Assembly: GCA_028534125.1 (NCBI GenBank)
Contig: CM052832.1
Span: 16,680,001-16,744,000, forward strand
Direction of reading: 5' to 3'
Length of the DNA: 64,000 nucleotides
Source: Lama glama
Lineage: Eukaryota
Below, piece by piece: positions 16,598 to 29,280 of the stretch. The position numbers and the translations under genes were made by a program. Position 1 is the first letter of the stretch; every line of letters begins with the position of its first letter. The notes under the pieces are model-generated. The model ran no database searches and was not told where the DNA came from. It saw only the letters and a program-made list of their open reading frames with translations.

Positions 16598-19500
16598 TCA
16601 TCGTGGGGAAGGGGTCTTTCCAAGAGTCTGCTGCTCCATCAAGTGGACTGGGTAGGAATTGTGGCCGCCATAATACTCTGGGTCATTGTCCTCAGTGTTC
16701 TGGATCTGTGCACTGTGTGTTCCCCTCAAAGAGCAGAACTGTGAGAGGAGAAAAGAGGAATGAGTACCATCTGCCATGCTGTTTGCTTTCCTCAACACCC
16801 ATCTCAGGTCCTTTGATTCTCTTCTCCCGGACCCTGGGAACTTTGGCTTACTGCTTCCCCAAGATTCCATCCAAACCTTGATCCTTATTCCAGCCCCAGA
16901 TCCAATACACTGAGTCCCAAACTTTATCTGCAATTTCTTCTTCTGTCTTATTTTCCCTATCCTAATATCCCCTATTCTCACACCCTAGACTCTATCTCTA
17001 ACCTTCAAATTTTCCCTACTTTATACCTTTTTCTCCCAGCTACAGCTTGCTTCCTAATTTCACTTTTCATGTCCCACACATCTATTTTCTCCCCCCATAG
17101 TTTCCACCACCACAGCCCCTCTATTACCATCCCACAAACCATATGTCTTTTCCTAGACTCATTATTCCCTCTAGTGCTGGTCCATAACTTTTCAACTCCC
17201 TATCCCATGGGTTCACTCCCCTGGGGCATAACTCTCCCTTACCAAGAAGATCAGGCCAATGAATACCAGGAGGAGAATCACACTCAACAGGACCACAACA
17301 ACTATGGCCCATGCAGGGAAGGAATCATTCTCCCCCGAGCTATTCTGGTGTGGTTGGCTCTTGCTGCTAGGGGCTTCTGATGTGATGGAAGGGGCTCCTG
17401 TGGTCCTCTTGTGGCCTGATGTGTTATTTCCTCCATGTTCCATGGGTTCTGCCGAGGCACCTGTGGTCCTCTCGTGGTCTGGTGTGATCTTTCCTCCGTG
17501 TCCCGTGGGCTCTGCCGAGGCGTCTGTGGTCCTCTCGTGGCCTGGTGTGATCTTTCCTCCGTGTCCCGTGGGCTCTGCCAAGGCGCCTGTGGTCCTCTCG
17601 TGACCTGGTGTGGTCTTTCCTCCGTGTCCTGTGGGCTCTGCCAAGGCGCCTGTGGTCCTCTCGTGGCCTGGTGTGGTCTTTCCTCCATGTCCCGCGGGCT
17701 CTGCCAAGGCGCCTGTGGTCCTCTCGTGACCTGGTGTGGTCTTTCCTCCATGTCCCGTGGGCTCTGCCAAGGCGCCTGTGGTCCTCTCGTGCTCTGGTGT
17801 GTTCTTTCCTCCGTGTCCCGTGGGTTCTGCCGAGGCGTCTGTGGTCCTCTCGTGACCTGGTGTGGTCTTTCCTCCATGTCCCGTGGATTCTGCTGAGGCG
17901 TCTGTGGTCCTCTCGTGGCCTGGTGTGGTCTTTCCTCCATGTCCCGTGGGCTCTGCTGAGGCGTCTGCAGTCCTCTCGTGGCCTGGTGTGGTCTTTCCTC
18001 CATGTCCCGTGGGCTCTGCCGAGGTGTTTGTGGTCCTCTCGTGGCCTGGTGTGGTATTTCCTCCATGTCCCATGGGCTCTGCCAAGGTGCCTGTGGTCCT
18101 CTTGTGGCCTGATGTGGTCTTTTCTCCATGTCCTGTGGGCTCTGTTGGGTACTCGTTGCTTGTTTCTCTTCTGATTGTTGTGCGCTTATGACAAGTTGTC
18201 TTGCTGTTGCGTGTTGTGGCTGCCTGTTTTTCAACAGATCCCGCACTTGTGCTAGTGATTGTGCGTTCATTCCGGTTACTTAGGCCTTCTTGATTGCTGG
18301 CATTTTGTTCAGAAGTCAGAGGTGCTTCAGGATGAGTTACAGAGTTTATGGAGTTATCTTTAGCCTGGTGATGGGGTGTGGTATTGCACTGATGTTTTGG
18401 CTTACTGGATTCTGTAGCTTTAGGGAGGTCTGGAGAGCTGGTTCCTGAAGATATTCCGTCAGAATAGCCTGGAGTTGGAAGGAACAAATGAATGGATGGT
18501 GGTAATTCAGGAGTTTGCCGAGATGTTTGAAGTGTGATAACACTTGTGAAAGGAAGAGAAGCGAATAAGAAACTTTCTCCATCCTCTTCCCTACTTCCCT
18601 TCTCACTTCATCTCTAGGGGTCCCTTATTACCCGAGGTGTGTCCCCCCAGCCAGTCTGTTCAGAATATTGTGATATCTAATCCCCATTCTCACCTCCAGT
18701 CCCTGGACCTTTGTTCAGGCTGTGCTTTCAGCAAGAATGCCACCCCTCTCCTCTCCATCTCTACTCTTCAGTTCTCAATTTCAGATCTTTCTACCTTTAT
18801 GGCATCTTTCCACCTTTATGGCATCTTTCCTGATCTTTCCAAGCTGATAAGATCCAGCTTCATCTCAGTGCTCAAAAAAAATTCTTTGTTAGTTACTCTT
18901 TCCTGCTACCTTCAACTTGACCTTACAGTTGTTTGTGTGCTTGTCAACTTCTACCTCCTGTCTGGCTTATCACATTGTAAGATTTTTTTTAATTGAAGTA
19001 TCATCGATTTACAATGTTGTGTTCGTTTCTGGTGTACAGCATAGTAATTCAGACCAAATTGTAGGATTTGAATAGTACACATTGACTGGCATTTTGCTTT
19101 GCAAGTGCTCCCTTAGGGTTTATATACTTATGGAATGGAGTTGCCTTTTCCATGGCAGAGCTGAGAGGCAAGGGAATAAATATGAGAATCTCCATCTTTC
19201 CATAATATTCCAGCTCCATCCCAGATGTAACTGTGTGAGAGACTGAGGTTAAGACCTCTGGCAACACTTCCCACCGGGATTAGTAAGTAGGCACAGGGGA
19301 CCAGTGAGAGGATATGAGGAGGGGTGGAGGATGCGTGGAGGAGGGGATGGGAAACTTTCATTTTGGTGATTAAAGTTGGTCTGGATTCAGGGAAGCAGAT
19401 GAGATGATTCAGCCCTTATGGTTCCCCACTGGCTCCCCCTCTTCACGCACCTGAAGCCGTCTGGGATAGAAGAAGGTGGCCTTTCTGAAAGAAGGATATC

Positions 19501-22500
19501 TACCTGGGGGTCCTGGGAGGCGTGAGTGGGACAGCTGCATTCTGGGAGGGACTGGCTGTGTTTAAGGACAGGGTGTGAGGGGAACACTCCTATCGATGAA
19601 CAGATATTGGCTGTAAATCCATGGAAGAACAACCAGTGGGGACAGAGGAGGTGTCTCTGATATCTAGCCCAGAGAGTGCAAGCCAGGAGATCACCGGAGA
19701 GTGAGAGAGAGACAGTGGGGTTATAGGACTGAGATTTCCAGGCTCTGTTAGCTCAAGGTGGCAACCAGAACCCAGACACACTCCCAATCCCAGGAAACCA
19801 TGATATGCCCACTTCCCTGCTGACAGGGAGGGTTGAGGGTTGCGGAACTCAGTCCTTGAAAGAAACACAAGTGGGATGAGAAGAGGGTGAGGGTGGGAGA
19901 GAAGTCCAAGTCTCTAATGGGATTCGAGGTTGGGGAGAAAGAGGAGGGCTGAACTGCCAGGTCCTCACTTCACCGGGCCAGTTCCATTCTCTAATTCCTT
20001 TGGCAGCAGTACCGACAAGGGCCATCACTTCTTGGGCCCCTTCTCTGGGTCAGATGCTCGACTGGGTTGCCCCACAGTTGTCCTCTTTCTGGGTTGTCCT
20101 CTCGGGGTACTGACTTCCCAGCTCCCCATGAGGTACTTTAGAAGCTGTCAACTTCCCTATTTTATAGCCAAGAAACTTGAGTTTCATGGAGAAATGGTGA
20201 CTTGCACACAATCCCACAGCCACAACCATGGCTGACCTTTCTGGAACACTCACTGTGAGACAAACAGGTCCTCAGGAGGAGGACGTATATTAACTCATTT
20301 ACTTTTCACAACACCCCTTTGAGGTAGAGAACTATTTGTTAGTCTCCCCTTTTTATAGACGAGGAAACAAGGTTCAGAGAGGTTAAGTAATCTCCCCAAA
20401 GACACCCAGCAAGTAAGAGGTTGAGCCACAACTTGGAACACACATTCCGGGCTCCCAGGGCCAGGTTTTTACTGGTTAAGACCACACTATACATTCTATA
20501 GGTCAAGTGTGTTTTATTCATCGCTATGTCTCCAGTGCAGAATGTCTGGTCCATAGGAGGCACTTCATAAATATTTGTTGGATGGATGAATGAGAGAGAA
20601 TATTTTAAGACTGGTGAAAACTCTTCAGAAGCCATGCCAACAACTTTTTGTTATGCACATTAAGTAAAATCAAGCATAACTGTGACCACCAAAGATTGGA
20701 AGACCAAGGGGTAACTTCTGCTGTGTTAAGTAATTGAGTCCCTGAGATGAAAAGAAGTTGGAAGAAGGTTTCTAACCCACCGGTTTTGGGCTATTGGTTG
20801 TTATTTAACCATAGGAACCACACAGTCAATAATTAGACTCAGATAACTAGATCTTGGAATTCTAGATCTGCATCACATGGTTGTGGATCCATCAATTAGA
20901 AAATCTGGAGTCAAAACTCAAGGAGTCCTTGGTCCTGAGCTATGAAGCAAGTCAGTGACTAAACTCCCAGGATGAGAGGACCATCTCTCTCCCCAGGAGA
21001 TCTACCATTGGTAGCAACTTTATTTTCCTAGGAAATTCTCACCATGAGCTGTTCATTCCCCTAACTACAACAACGGTCTGAAAAAAACCTTTTTGGTCAC
21101 TTTTTGGCAGAGAAGAAAATCTGGTTTTAGCATAAGACACTGGAGGTGGATGCCTAGCCTGGATGAAAGAATGGAAACAAATCTCACAACATCGAAACTA
21201 TATACAATTCCAAAGGCCTCTTCAATCTGCTTTATTCACTCATTTGAAAAGAAGATGGACATCCTGCTAAGTGACTTGTGCCTTGGGGTTTCTGTCAGAG
21301 CAGTCTCACTTTAGAAGAGCGTTTCTGGTGTTTCTTGGTGTCCTGCCCTTCAAAAATGACTTACTCCATTTGCAAAAATTAAATGCTTGCTAAAATGTCC
21401 ATACAGTGTAAGTTCAATATGTGACCTAAATCACAGACAGAGTCAAAAGACTAAAAAGAAATACACTCAAATGGTTGCCTGGGTGACAACAAGAGCTGAT
21501 TAGGAGAGATTTGATTTTTCTTCCTAATTTTTTTTTCTATTTTCCAGTTTCTGAAATGAGCAAGTATTATTTTTGTGGTAGAAATTATGACAGAACTGTA
21601 GGCAAATGTCCTTTTCAGATTCTCTTCAGGACCCCAGCCCCAACTGTGCTTTCCTCAGCGATGATTTAATCTAGGTTCAGCTCCTATGGTTCTGTGGCAG
21701 CGTGATGCAGCCCCTGGGGTTCTAGGGTCTCATGATCTGCATCTGGGGTTGGCTGACCCTATGGACAAATGGCAGGTCATACCCCAGAACTGTGAGCCAA
21801 AGGTCTCCATCCATTCTGCTCATCACTCTTCCCTCTCTGCCCTGACCTCACTCTCTGCTGGACACGGTCATCGCCCAACCCTGACTCACACTCCAGTTCC
21901 ACCCTGTGCCCATCCCAACCCCACCTCAGCTCAAACCCTCCTCACCCATCACCTTTTTGCTCTTCTCTGTAAGATCTGAGCAAGACCAGAGGCTCTTGCC
22001 CTCCCTACCTGTCCCCTCCATCCCGGCTAGCCAAGTTCTAGCATGCCATCTCCCAGACCACACCCACAGAGCCTAGCGTGTCCTGCACTCAAATTCGGAT
22101 TTCAAGTCCACCCTGTGCCTGTCATGTGCCCTAGAATAAATCGCCCTCAAAAGTGAATGTGAGAAGAAAAAGGACGGGGGAAATGTGTGTGAGTTGATTT
22201 AGGACGCATTCCCTTCTGCCCCCTACAGGTTCTGCATCCTGGGCAGCAACACCAACAGGAGGGGGTGGAGAGCAACAGGTGGGACAATCAGCCTGACCGG
22301 AAGGGGCAGAGAAGGTGGGTGAGACTGGAGAGTGGGCGGCTGAGAACGGCTCTGGTGCCTCTGTCCCCAGACCTCCAGGTGGGAGGAAGAGCATCAAATC
22401 AAGGCACTGCTGAGACCTAGCGGACACAGCTCAGAGCTTCCTCAGCCCCTGTCCCTGCTGTCTGCCAGCTGCCCAGGCTACCCACCCAGTTCCCCCTGAG

Positions 22501-23771
22501 CTCGGGGGAGGAGAAATCCTGTAACATCACCCTTGGTCAAACACTATGGGAAGGAAAAGCTGCCACCTGCCCCACCCCCAGTACTGCCTGGAGCATCCAG
22601 ATGCATGACTTTCCCAGCCCTGGTTTGGGGTCATCAACGCCATTACCATGGATGAGCCCATGCAGTACTCAGAGAGACTCTCTGAATCTATTTTTGCCAA
22701 GCATCTACCTTGTGAAGACCCTCCTCCGATTCGCCCAGGCCCCTCTAAACTGCCCCTGTGTTTGGGCACCTCCGCTCCTTGGGCTCAGCCTCAGAAATAT
22801 CTCTTCACTAAGTGAACTAATTTGGCAATTTCGCTTTAACTTGGAGGGTCTGTTTTGCTCATTAAACTTTTCCATATTTACTTTCTCACCTAAGCCCTGG
22901 GATGTTTCCCAACTGTAAAACGGGGACAAACCACACACACCTTTTCAAGTAACTGTGAGGATTAAATAAGCAAACATGGAACAATGCCTGGTGTATAGTA
23001 AACACTTAGGAAGCTGCAACCGTTGGCGTCAGCCAGGCAGCATCCTTCCCGTTTTGCAGAAGCCCAGACGAGTTACGTGGGTCAGCACCCACATTCAACA
23101 CTGAATAGGGCTCTTGGGAAAGAAATGCACCCTATGCCTCCAAGGGCGGTGGCGGGGATGGTGTGGCAGAATCCCTGTTTGCCACCGTGACTTTGGACAA
23201 GCCCCTTTACATCTCTGACTCTCACTCTCCTCTTTAGAAGATGGGATCATTATTAACCACCCCAGGGGATTTGAGGACATGACATGAAATGAAGTATCTC
23301 AAGCATCTGTGAATTCCTTGCACATAGCAGGTGCTCTGGGAGTGTCAGGTCCTTGCTGCTGCCCACCCCAGACTACTAGCCCAAACGGTGTCTATATCCA
23401 GACTAGCAGAAGCCCCTTCTTTGGTGGCTGAAGCCTTGCAGGCCATGTCTTCAGGAGCAGAGCATAGGCTGTATTTCACCTCTGACATGCCCCTTAGCCA
23501 GCAAACTTGAGCAGTGAACACCCTAGACAACCAAATGCGGCAGCTCCGTACCCACCCCACGTCCCACCACACATTCACCTGCTGCTCATTTCTATGATTG
23601 GCCATCAACCCTATGAGTGGTAAGATACAACTCCCCTCTGCCTTCTATCCCCCTGTGTGATAGTGACCCCTTCGCCTCTGAGAGCATCTTACCTGCCTCC
23701 AGAAAGAGAAAAAGGAGAAAGCAGCACTGGAGAACAAAGATGGAACGGAGACAGTGGGCGAGCTGGGCCAT
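16598..23771 (-). CDS. MUCL3: Mucin-like 3 / DPCR1, 3 coding exons, ~481 aa if the acceptor at 18469-70 is used
   Basis: Exon 1 23693-23771 encodes MAQLAHCLRSIFVLQCCFLLFLFLEA (phase 1). Exon 2 17243-18468 (homology extends to 18543) holds the repeats and GENDSFPAWAIVVVVLLSVILLLVFIGLIFL. Exon 3 16598-16738 ends GGHNSYPVHLMEQQTLGKTPSPR*. These match the recalled human DPCR1/MUCL3 termini. Confidence 0.92.
17388..18143 (-). repeat. Coding VNTR, 12 x 63 bp (21 aa, EPTGHGGKTTPGHERTT[DAS/GAL]A)
   Basis: 63-bp period measured (gtcctctcgtg at 17466, 17529...); 12 units counted in the translation. Confidence 0.95.
20290..20480 (+). mobile_element. MIR SINE (followed by an L2 tail at ~20500-20590)
   Basis: ttttatagacgaggaaacaaggttcagagaggttaagtaatctccccaaagacac. 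Confidence 0.75.
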
Positions 23772-23818
23772 GATGGAGCTGGACGGCTGCTTGAGGCTGT
23801 GGGCTGGGGTCCCCTCAG

Positions 23819-23844
23819 CTTATATAGGCCCAGGTTTGACGTCA
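23819..23844 (-). promoter_or_regulatory. MUCL3 core promoter: TATATAAG plus perfect CRE palindrome TGACGTCA
   Basis: TATA at 23819-23826 (~50 nt upstream of the ATG) and TGACGTCA at 23837-23844. Confidence 0.75.
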
Positions 23845-25480
23845 TGGGGCTGGGGCCCCTCTGGCCTGAATCTTAAACAAATGGAACCACCCCATCCCGC
23901 AGGGGTGCCCTGATAACACGAGACCGCAGCTGCTTCGTCACGGAGTGAGGAGCGTGGGTGCCTACTGAAGGGGTGGGGTCTGGGGGCAGGGAAAGAAAAC
24001 TGGGAGGGGGCAGGCTCCTGCCCCAGCCCCAGTGGAGGAAGTGGGGTTGGGTGAGGGGCTCTGGGTAGGTTGCTGGCAGATGACGGGTTCTAGAAGGACT
24101 GAGTTCTGGCTGGAGTTGGGTGGGGAGGGGGACGGTTGGATGCTGGGTTCTGGGAGGAGACTCAAATTCTGGTTCCTCTCCAGCTGCACACCTCACCTCT
24201 CTTACATCAGCACAGCTCTCCACACCCCTTACTCACACATGGTCACTCTTTTTGCCCTGGGTGGAGCTATCTGTCAGTATCAGGTGAAAGAGTATAGGAG
24301 CAGAGAAGGGGGAAAGCCCTCCCTTGACACCGGTGGAAAGCCCTCACTTGGCTCACTGCTGCGGACGGCTGCTTCCAGATGTCCAGAGACGACCCAACAA
24401 GAAGTGGGGACAGTGGGGACACTGGCGCAACGGCAGAGATGAGACAAGGCAGATACAGAACCCCAGAGACTGACATCACCTGCCTCACCAGGGATGCAGG
24501 CAGGTCCAGGTCACCCAGAGGCAATGAAGCTGAGATCTTTGGCAGAGATGCTCAGCTGACAGGGGCTCTGCCTCCCCTCCCCACTTTCCCTCCTCATCTC
24601 AGCCCAGTGCTATCTCTTTGTCTCCAAGCCCCCATCCACCCCCAAACAGAAATGCAGACATCTCATTTCCAGGATCTTCCTGGAGTCTCCACTGTCCCCT
24701 TCTTCCTGATTCCTTGCCCGAAGCAAGCATTTGCTCAGAGATTGTCAAAATTTATACACTGGGCTGCTGAGTGATAGTGCCTGGAGCTGGAGTAGGGGGG
24801 AGGACAAACTACCAGGGGCTGTAAGGAGAGAGACAGCTGTGGGTCCAGGGGCCTAAGTCACCACCCCCATCACTCACTCAATTTGTTCCCTTTGGGTCTC
24901 CTGTACTGGAAGGTAAGCATCCCGCAGGGAAAGTCTTTGCCTTGATTACTGCCGTGTCTCCAGCACCTGGGACGGGGCCTGGCTCCCAGGAGACATCGGT
25001 AATGTTGACTTGGCTGAAAGGAGTGGAAGCCAGGGCTGGCTTCTGCCTCTTTGGGGGAAGTGGAGCCAGCAGAGGGGGTGGAGAGGGCTGGACCTAGAGG
25101 GCAGGAGGCCAGGACCTCGGGGCTGCGGGGTTCCACGGGAGGACAAGAGGACTGAATTTGTGAATTCCTCTCATTACTTGATGTGACTGGTCCCTAAGCC
25201 TGAGGCAGGGTCGGAATGGGTAGGAAGAGGAGAGGCCAACTGCTCATTAACGCCATTAATGAGAGATTAATGAGGCTTCCTGGAGTCAGGCCAAAGAGAG
25301 ACTACTCAGAAACAGGCAGCCTGCCTCCAGAGCCATGCATCCTGCAGGATGGGGAAACTGAGGCAGAGGCAGGCCCTCCCCTGCCACTCCGTCTGGACCC
25401 AGAAGTAACTGACTACCCCCCTTTCCACTAATCTGCTAATTTTACCCCACCATTTCCCCCAGGGACGCAGGCCTCTAGAA

Positions 25481-25698
25481 GAGTGGTTCTCAATAGGGAG
25501 GGGCAACTTAGCCCCCCAGGGGACATTTAGCAAAGTCCAGAGACATTCTTGTCACAACTGGGGGAGGGGGTTTGTCCTGGCACCTAGTGGGTAGAGGCCA
25601 GAGGTGCTGCTGGCCATTCCATAATGCACAGGACAGCCCCACAACAAAGAACTCTCCAGCCCAACATGCCACTGGTATCAAAGGTTGAGAATCTCTGT
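25481..25698. mobile_element. MER20-like hAT DNA transposon
   Basis: gagtggttctcaa...ccaggggacatt...cacctagtgggtagaggccag...ggttgagaatctctg. Confidence 0.8.
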
Positions 25699-26969
25699 TT
25701 TTGTTGTGTAGATAAACGTCTCCTTCTCTTTTAGGCACAGCTTCCTCCAGAGGACACAGACATCTTGGGTGGAGGAACCTGGAGGTAGGTGGAAGCTCAC
25801 ATGGACCTCTTAGTGTCAGTAGAGCTTGCTGTGTCTGAGCTAGAGGCTGAGGGGCCGGTCACAAAACAACCCTTCCCGCTACTGCTGTGTCAGCTGTTCC
25901 AGCTACTGAAGCATGCTGAGCACCATACCTATGAGGCTGTAACCTACGAGGTTAGCAACGTCAGCCTCACTTTAGAGATAAGAACAAACAGTCTCAGTTC
26001 AGGGAAGTGACTTGTCCAGGGTCACACATCTTGTAAGCAGCAGAGACTAGACCTGGCTGGTGCCTGCCTGACAGCAAAGTCCACGCACTTGGACAAATTA
26101 AAAAGTGGCTGGGAGACCAGTGGAGGGGGTGCTGTTTTATTTAGCAAGAGTTGTGTCCACCACCCACCTGGAGTGGGCATCAAAGAACAGGGTTCCTCAC
26201 CTGTTCGAGATGAGAGAATTGGGGGTCTTGAAAGGGTCAGAAGCCAGCCCAAGGGGGCTCCATATAGAAGGAGGTGGTAAGGGGGACCCTGGTCCTGTGC
26301 CCTGGGGGGGCCCAAACAAAGTATCCTCAGCCAAGGAGCTTCTCTGATAGGCGGGGAAGAGGATGGGAACAGAGGGAGGAAGGTTCCAATTGCCCAGACT
26401 CCGTGAGCCCTGGGAGAGCCCTGGAGATCATCCAGCCCCGGTGCTTCCTTCTACAGAAGAGAAAACTGCATCTGAGTGGTTAGGTACCAGACGGCAGGCT
26501 GGCGGCAGGGCTGGGACTGGTATCTTAGCCTCTCATTCAGTGGCTGACAGTGGTCTTCCCCTTACACTGTTGGTGGAAGAGACCCGGGGTGCCAGTGACC
26601 CCAGAAATCCACCCACAGGAAATGTCTCCAGTTAGTGTGAGTACGAAGGCTGAGTCCTGAATGAGTCTATTCAGGAGAGGAAGGAGGGAGGCCAAAGGCA
26701 GGGGGGCATGTGGCTATCCTGGCCCCGCCCTTTCACTTGACAGAGTAGCACTGGCTGGTGGCCTCATGGTGGCAGCTGTAGGGGTCACAGAGCCACAGCC
26801 TCACCCCACACTCATCTCCTTCCGGAACTAGCAGCCCTGTGAAATGAGAGATGGAGAGGATGGGTTAACCGAGGGCCCCAGGAACCTGCTGGCCAGCCCT
26901 CAGCTCTCCCCACGGACTGCTGCCTCCCTCAATAACTCAGGTTCTCAGAGTGCCTCTTCCAGCAAAAAC

Positions 26970-27330
26970 AATCATAATAATGAATTGGACTAATTTACTG
27001 AGCACTTACTATGTGCCAGGCACCTAAGTGCTTTACATGCATAAACTCATTTAATCTTCCAACAGCCCTGAGATGAATACTATCCTTCTCATTTTATCCA
27101 AGACTAAATTACCTCATTGGTAGAATGAGAGGAATAATATTACCTATATCACAGGGCTGCTGTGAACTAAAATGTGGCACTTGGCACATAATAAGTGCTG
27201 TTCAAGTGTTAGTTATTATTATTATTCATGAGGCATCTGGAGCACAGAGAGGTTGAGTAACTTGAACAAAATCACACAGTTATAATGGCAGAGCCAGGAT
27301 TCAAAACCCAGGTTCTGTAACTTCATGGAG
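26970..27330. mobile_element. Nested MIR fragments
   Basis: aatttactgagcacttactatgtgccagg..., gcacagagaggttgagtaacttg. Confidence 0.7.
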
Positions 27331-28739
27331 TTGATTCTTCACTGCCTAGAGCTGAATTTAGTGCTTCCAGGGGCTGGTCAGCCTGCAGTGCTCCCCGGCC
27401 TCTCCTTCAGTGGCCGCATCCCTGCCTGGTCAATGCTTCTCAGCCACCCAGACTGGGGTTCCGTTTTCCCCTTGCCCCTCCCTAAGTGTGGCAGGCTGTC
27501 ATCTTTTCCCGAAGCCCCTGTTCATCTTGAAGTTCCGGGGCACTAGGTCCCAGCCCCGCTGGCCTCAGAGACCCACATATTTGGACCATAGCTTCACTCA
27601 CCTTCTTAATACCATACAGTAGGCTGAAGACTGCTGTCACCACAGTGAGAGTGATCAACACGATGGCCCAGTCTGGGACGGAGCCCTTTCTCTGAGGCTT
27701 CAGGCCTGAGGAACAGAGGGGGACAGTGACCAAGGCCAGTGGGACCCCAATGCCCCCATCCTCCACTGCCCTCCATGACCTCCCATCTTTCCTTCTGTGA
27801 TGCTGATGTCTGTGCAATTCTAAGACCACGTTTCTCTGTGGAGTTCTGTCTTGTCATCTTGGGAACAGAATCTCACTAGAGGGGTTTTAAAGGGCATCAA
27901 TCCAAGCCCCAGCCACTCTTCCCTGACACCTGTGGGCATGTCCTTCAATCTCTAAACTCCTCACTGACATCCACATCTCTCCATCTTTCTGAACCCTCCT
28001 CCATATTGCAGGCTCTACTTTCCGTGTCTCTCTCCACCTGTGATGTCTGCCCTGCAAGGGTCCCCAGGTGGGCCTCTCTCCTTCTTCTGAGGCCCTTTCC
28101 TCTCCACTGCCCCAGCCCAACTCTGGTCACTAAAAGGAGCCAGAGCTTGTTGTCCGGTTTTCTCTCCACTCATTTCTTGCCTTCAGACTGTCAGGAGAGG
28201 GTGAGAGGGGTAGACTAGGATTGAAGGGGCAGGGAGAAGGGGACAGAGGGAGGAGGGAGGACAGGATCTCTGGAAGGGATGCTTGTCGCCCTGGATAGGC
28301 AGATCGGGCCACAGGGAAAGAAGTCAAAAACCAGGTAACAATCAGGTAACAGACATCTGGCTGCTGGTCTGACCAGAGGCTTTGAGAGGGCACTGAAACC
28401 CTTTTAAGAATTGGAGACATCCTCAGACATCCTCAGAACACAGTTGAAAGCAGGCACTAATGCCTGTCCCTACACTCATCTCCAGGAGCCAAGGTGCCTG
28501 CAGGTCAATGACCCAGTGCAAGTAAGAGTGCCTTACTGGTCAGGATGCTGAGCCCTGGGGATGTTGTGGCTGTGCTAGCCATGGTGGTCATGGAGCCTCC
28601 TGACACAGCCCCACTGGGTGTGGAAGTCCCAGGTACAGCTGAAGCAGTTCCAGGGGCTGTCATGGGGGAAACATATCCTAGAAGGGCAGAGGGGAAAAAT
28701 GGCTGGAAGAGATCTGAGTGAGAGCAGAAGCAGAAATTA

Positions 28740-29280
28740 TGTCTAGTGTCCTCTCCATTGAAATCCTGGGAAAGTTTTTTGGTAGAAATTGATCAACTGA
28801 GTCAATAAAAATGAAAGGATTGAGAATAGCTAGGACAATCTTAAAGAAAAACAAAAGTGGAAGACTTACACTACCAGATCTCCAGACTTGCTGCAAAGCT
28901 GCAGTCAGTAAGTACGGCAGCCCTGGAGTGAGAATAGACAGAAGAGAGTCCAGAAACAGACTCAACATGTATCTGGTGACTTGATTTTTGATAAAGAGAT
29001 TCACACAATTCTATGGTGGAGAAAGAAGGGGGGTCTTTGAAATAAATAGTCTTGGAGCAACTGGTTATCTGTAAGGGGAAAAAAGGAAACTTGACCCCTA
29101 CCTCACTCCATACACAGAAATTAAGCTGAGATACACCATAGGCTTACATTTGAAAGCTAAAGGAATAAAGCTTCCAGAAGAAAGAATAGGAGAATATTTT
29201 CATGACCTCAAAGTAGGCAAAAAAAAAAAAATGTCAGGCAGGATACAAAAGACACTATAAGAGAAAAAGTTGACATGTTG
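28740..29280 (+). mobile_element. Degraded L1 ORF2 fragment in intron 2 of the unrecognised mucin gene
   Basis: gacaatcttaaagaaaaacaaaagtggaagacttacactaccagat...aacttgacccctacctcactccatacac...gaaagaataggagaatattttcatgacctc. Confidence 0.8.

Noticed and set aside
17259..18270. Several overlapping ORFs in other frames and strands, including a 322-aa ORF; also a CRISPR-like periodicity
   Set aside because: A 63-bp unit lacking stops opens many frames. The units are contiguous with no unique spacers, and the DNA is mammalian.
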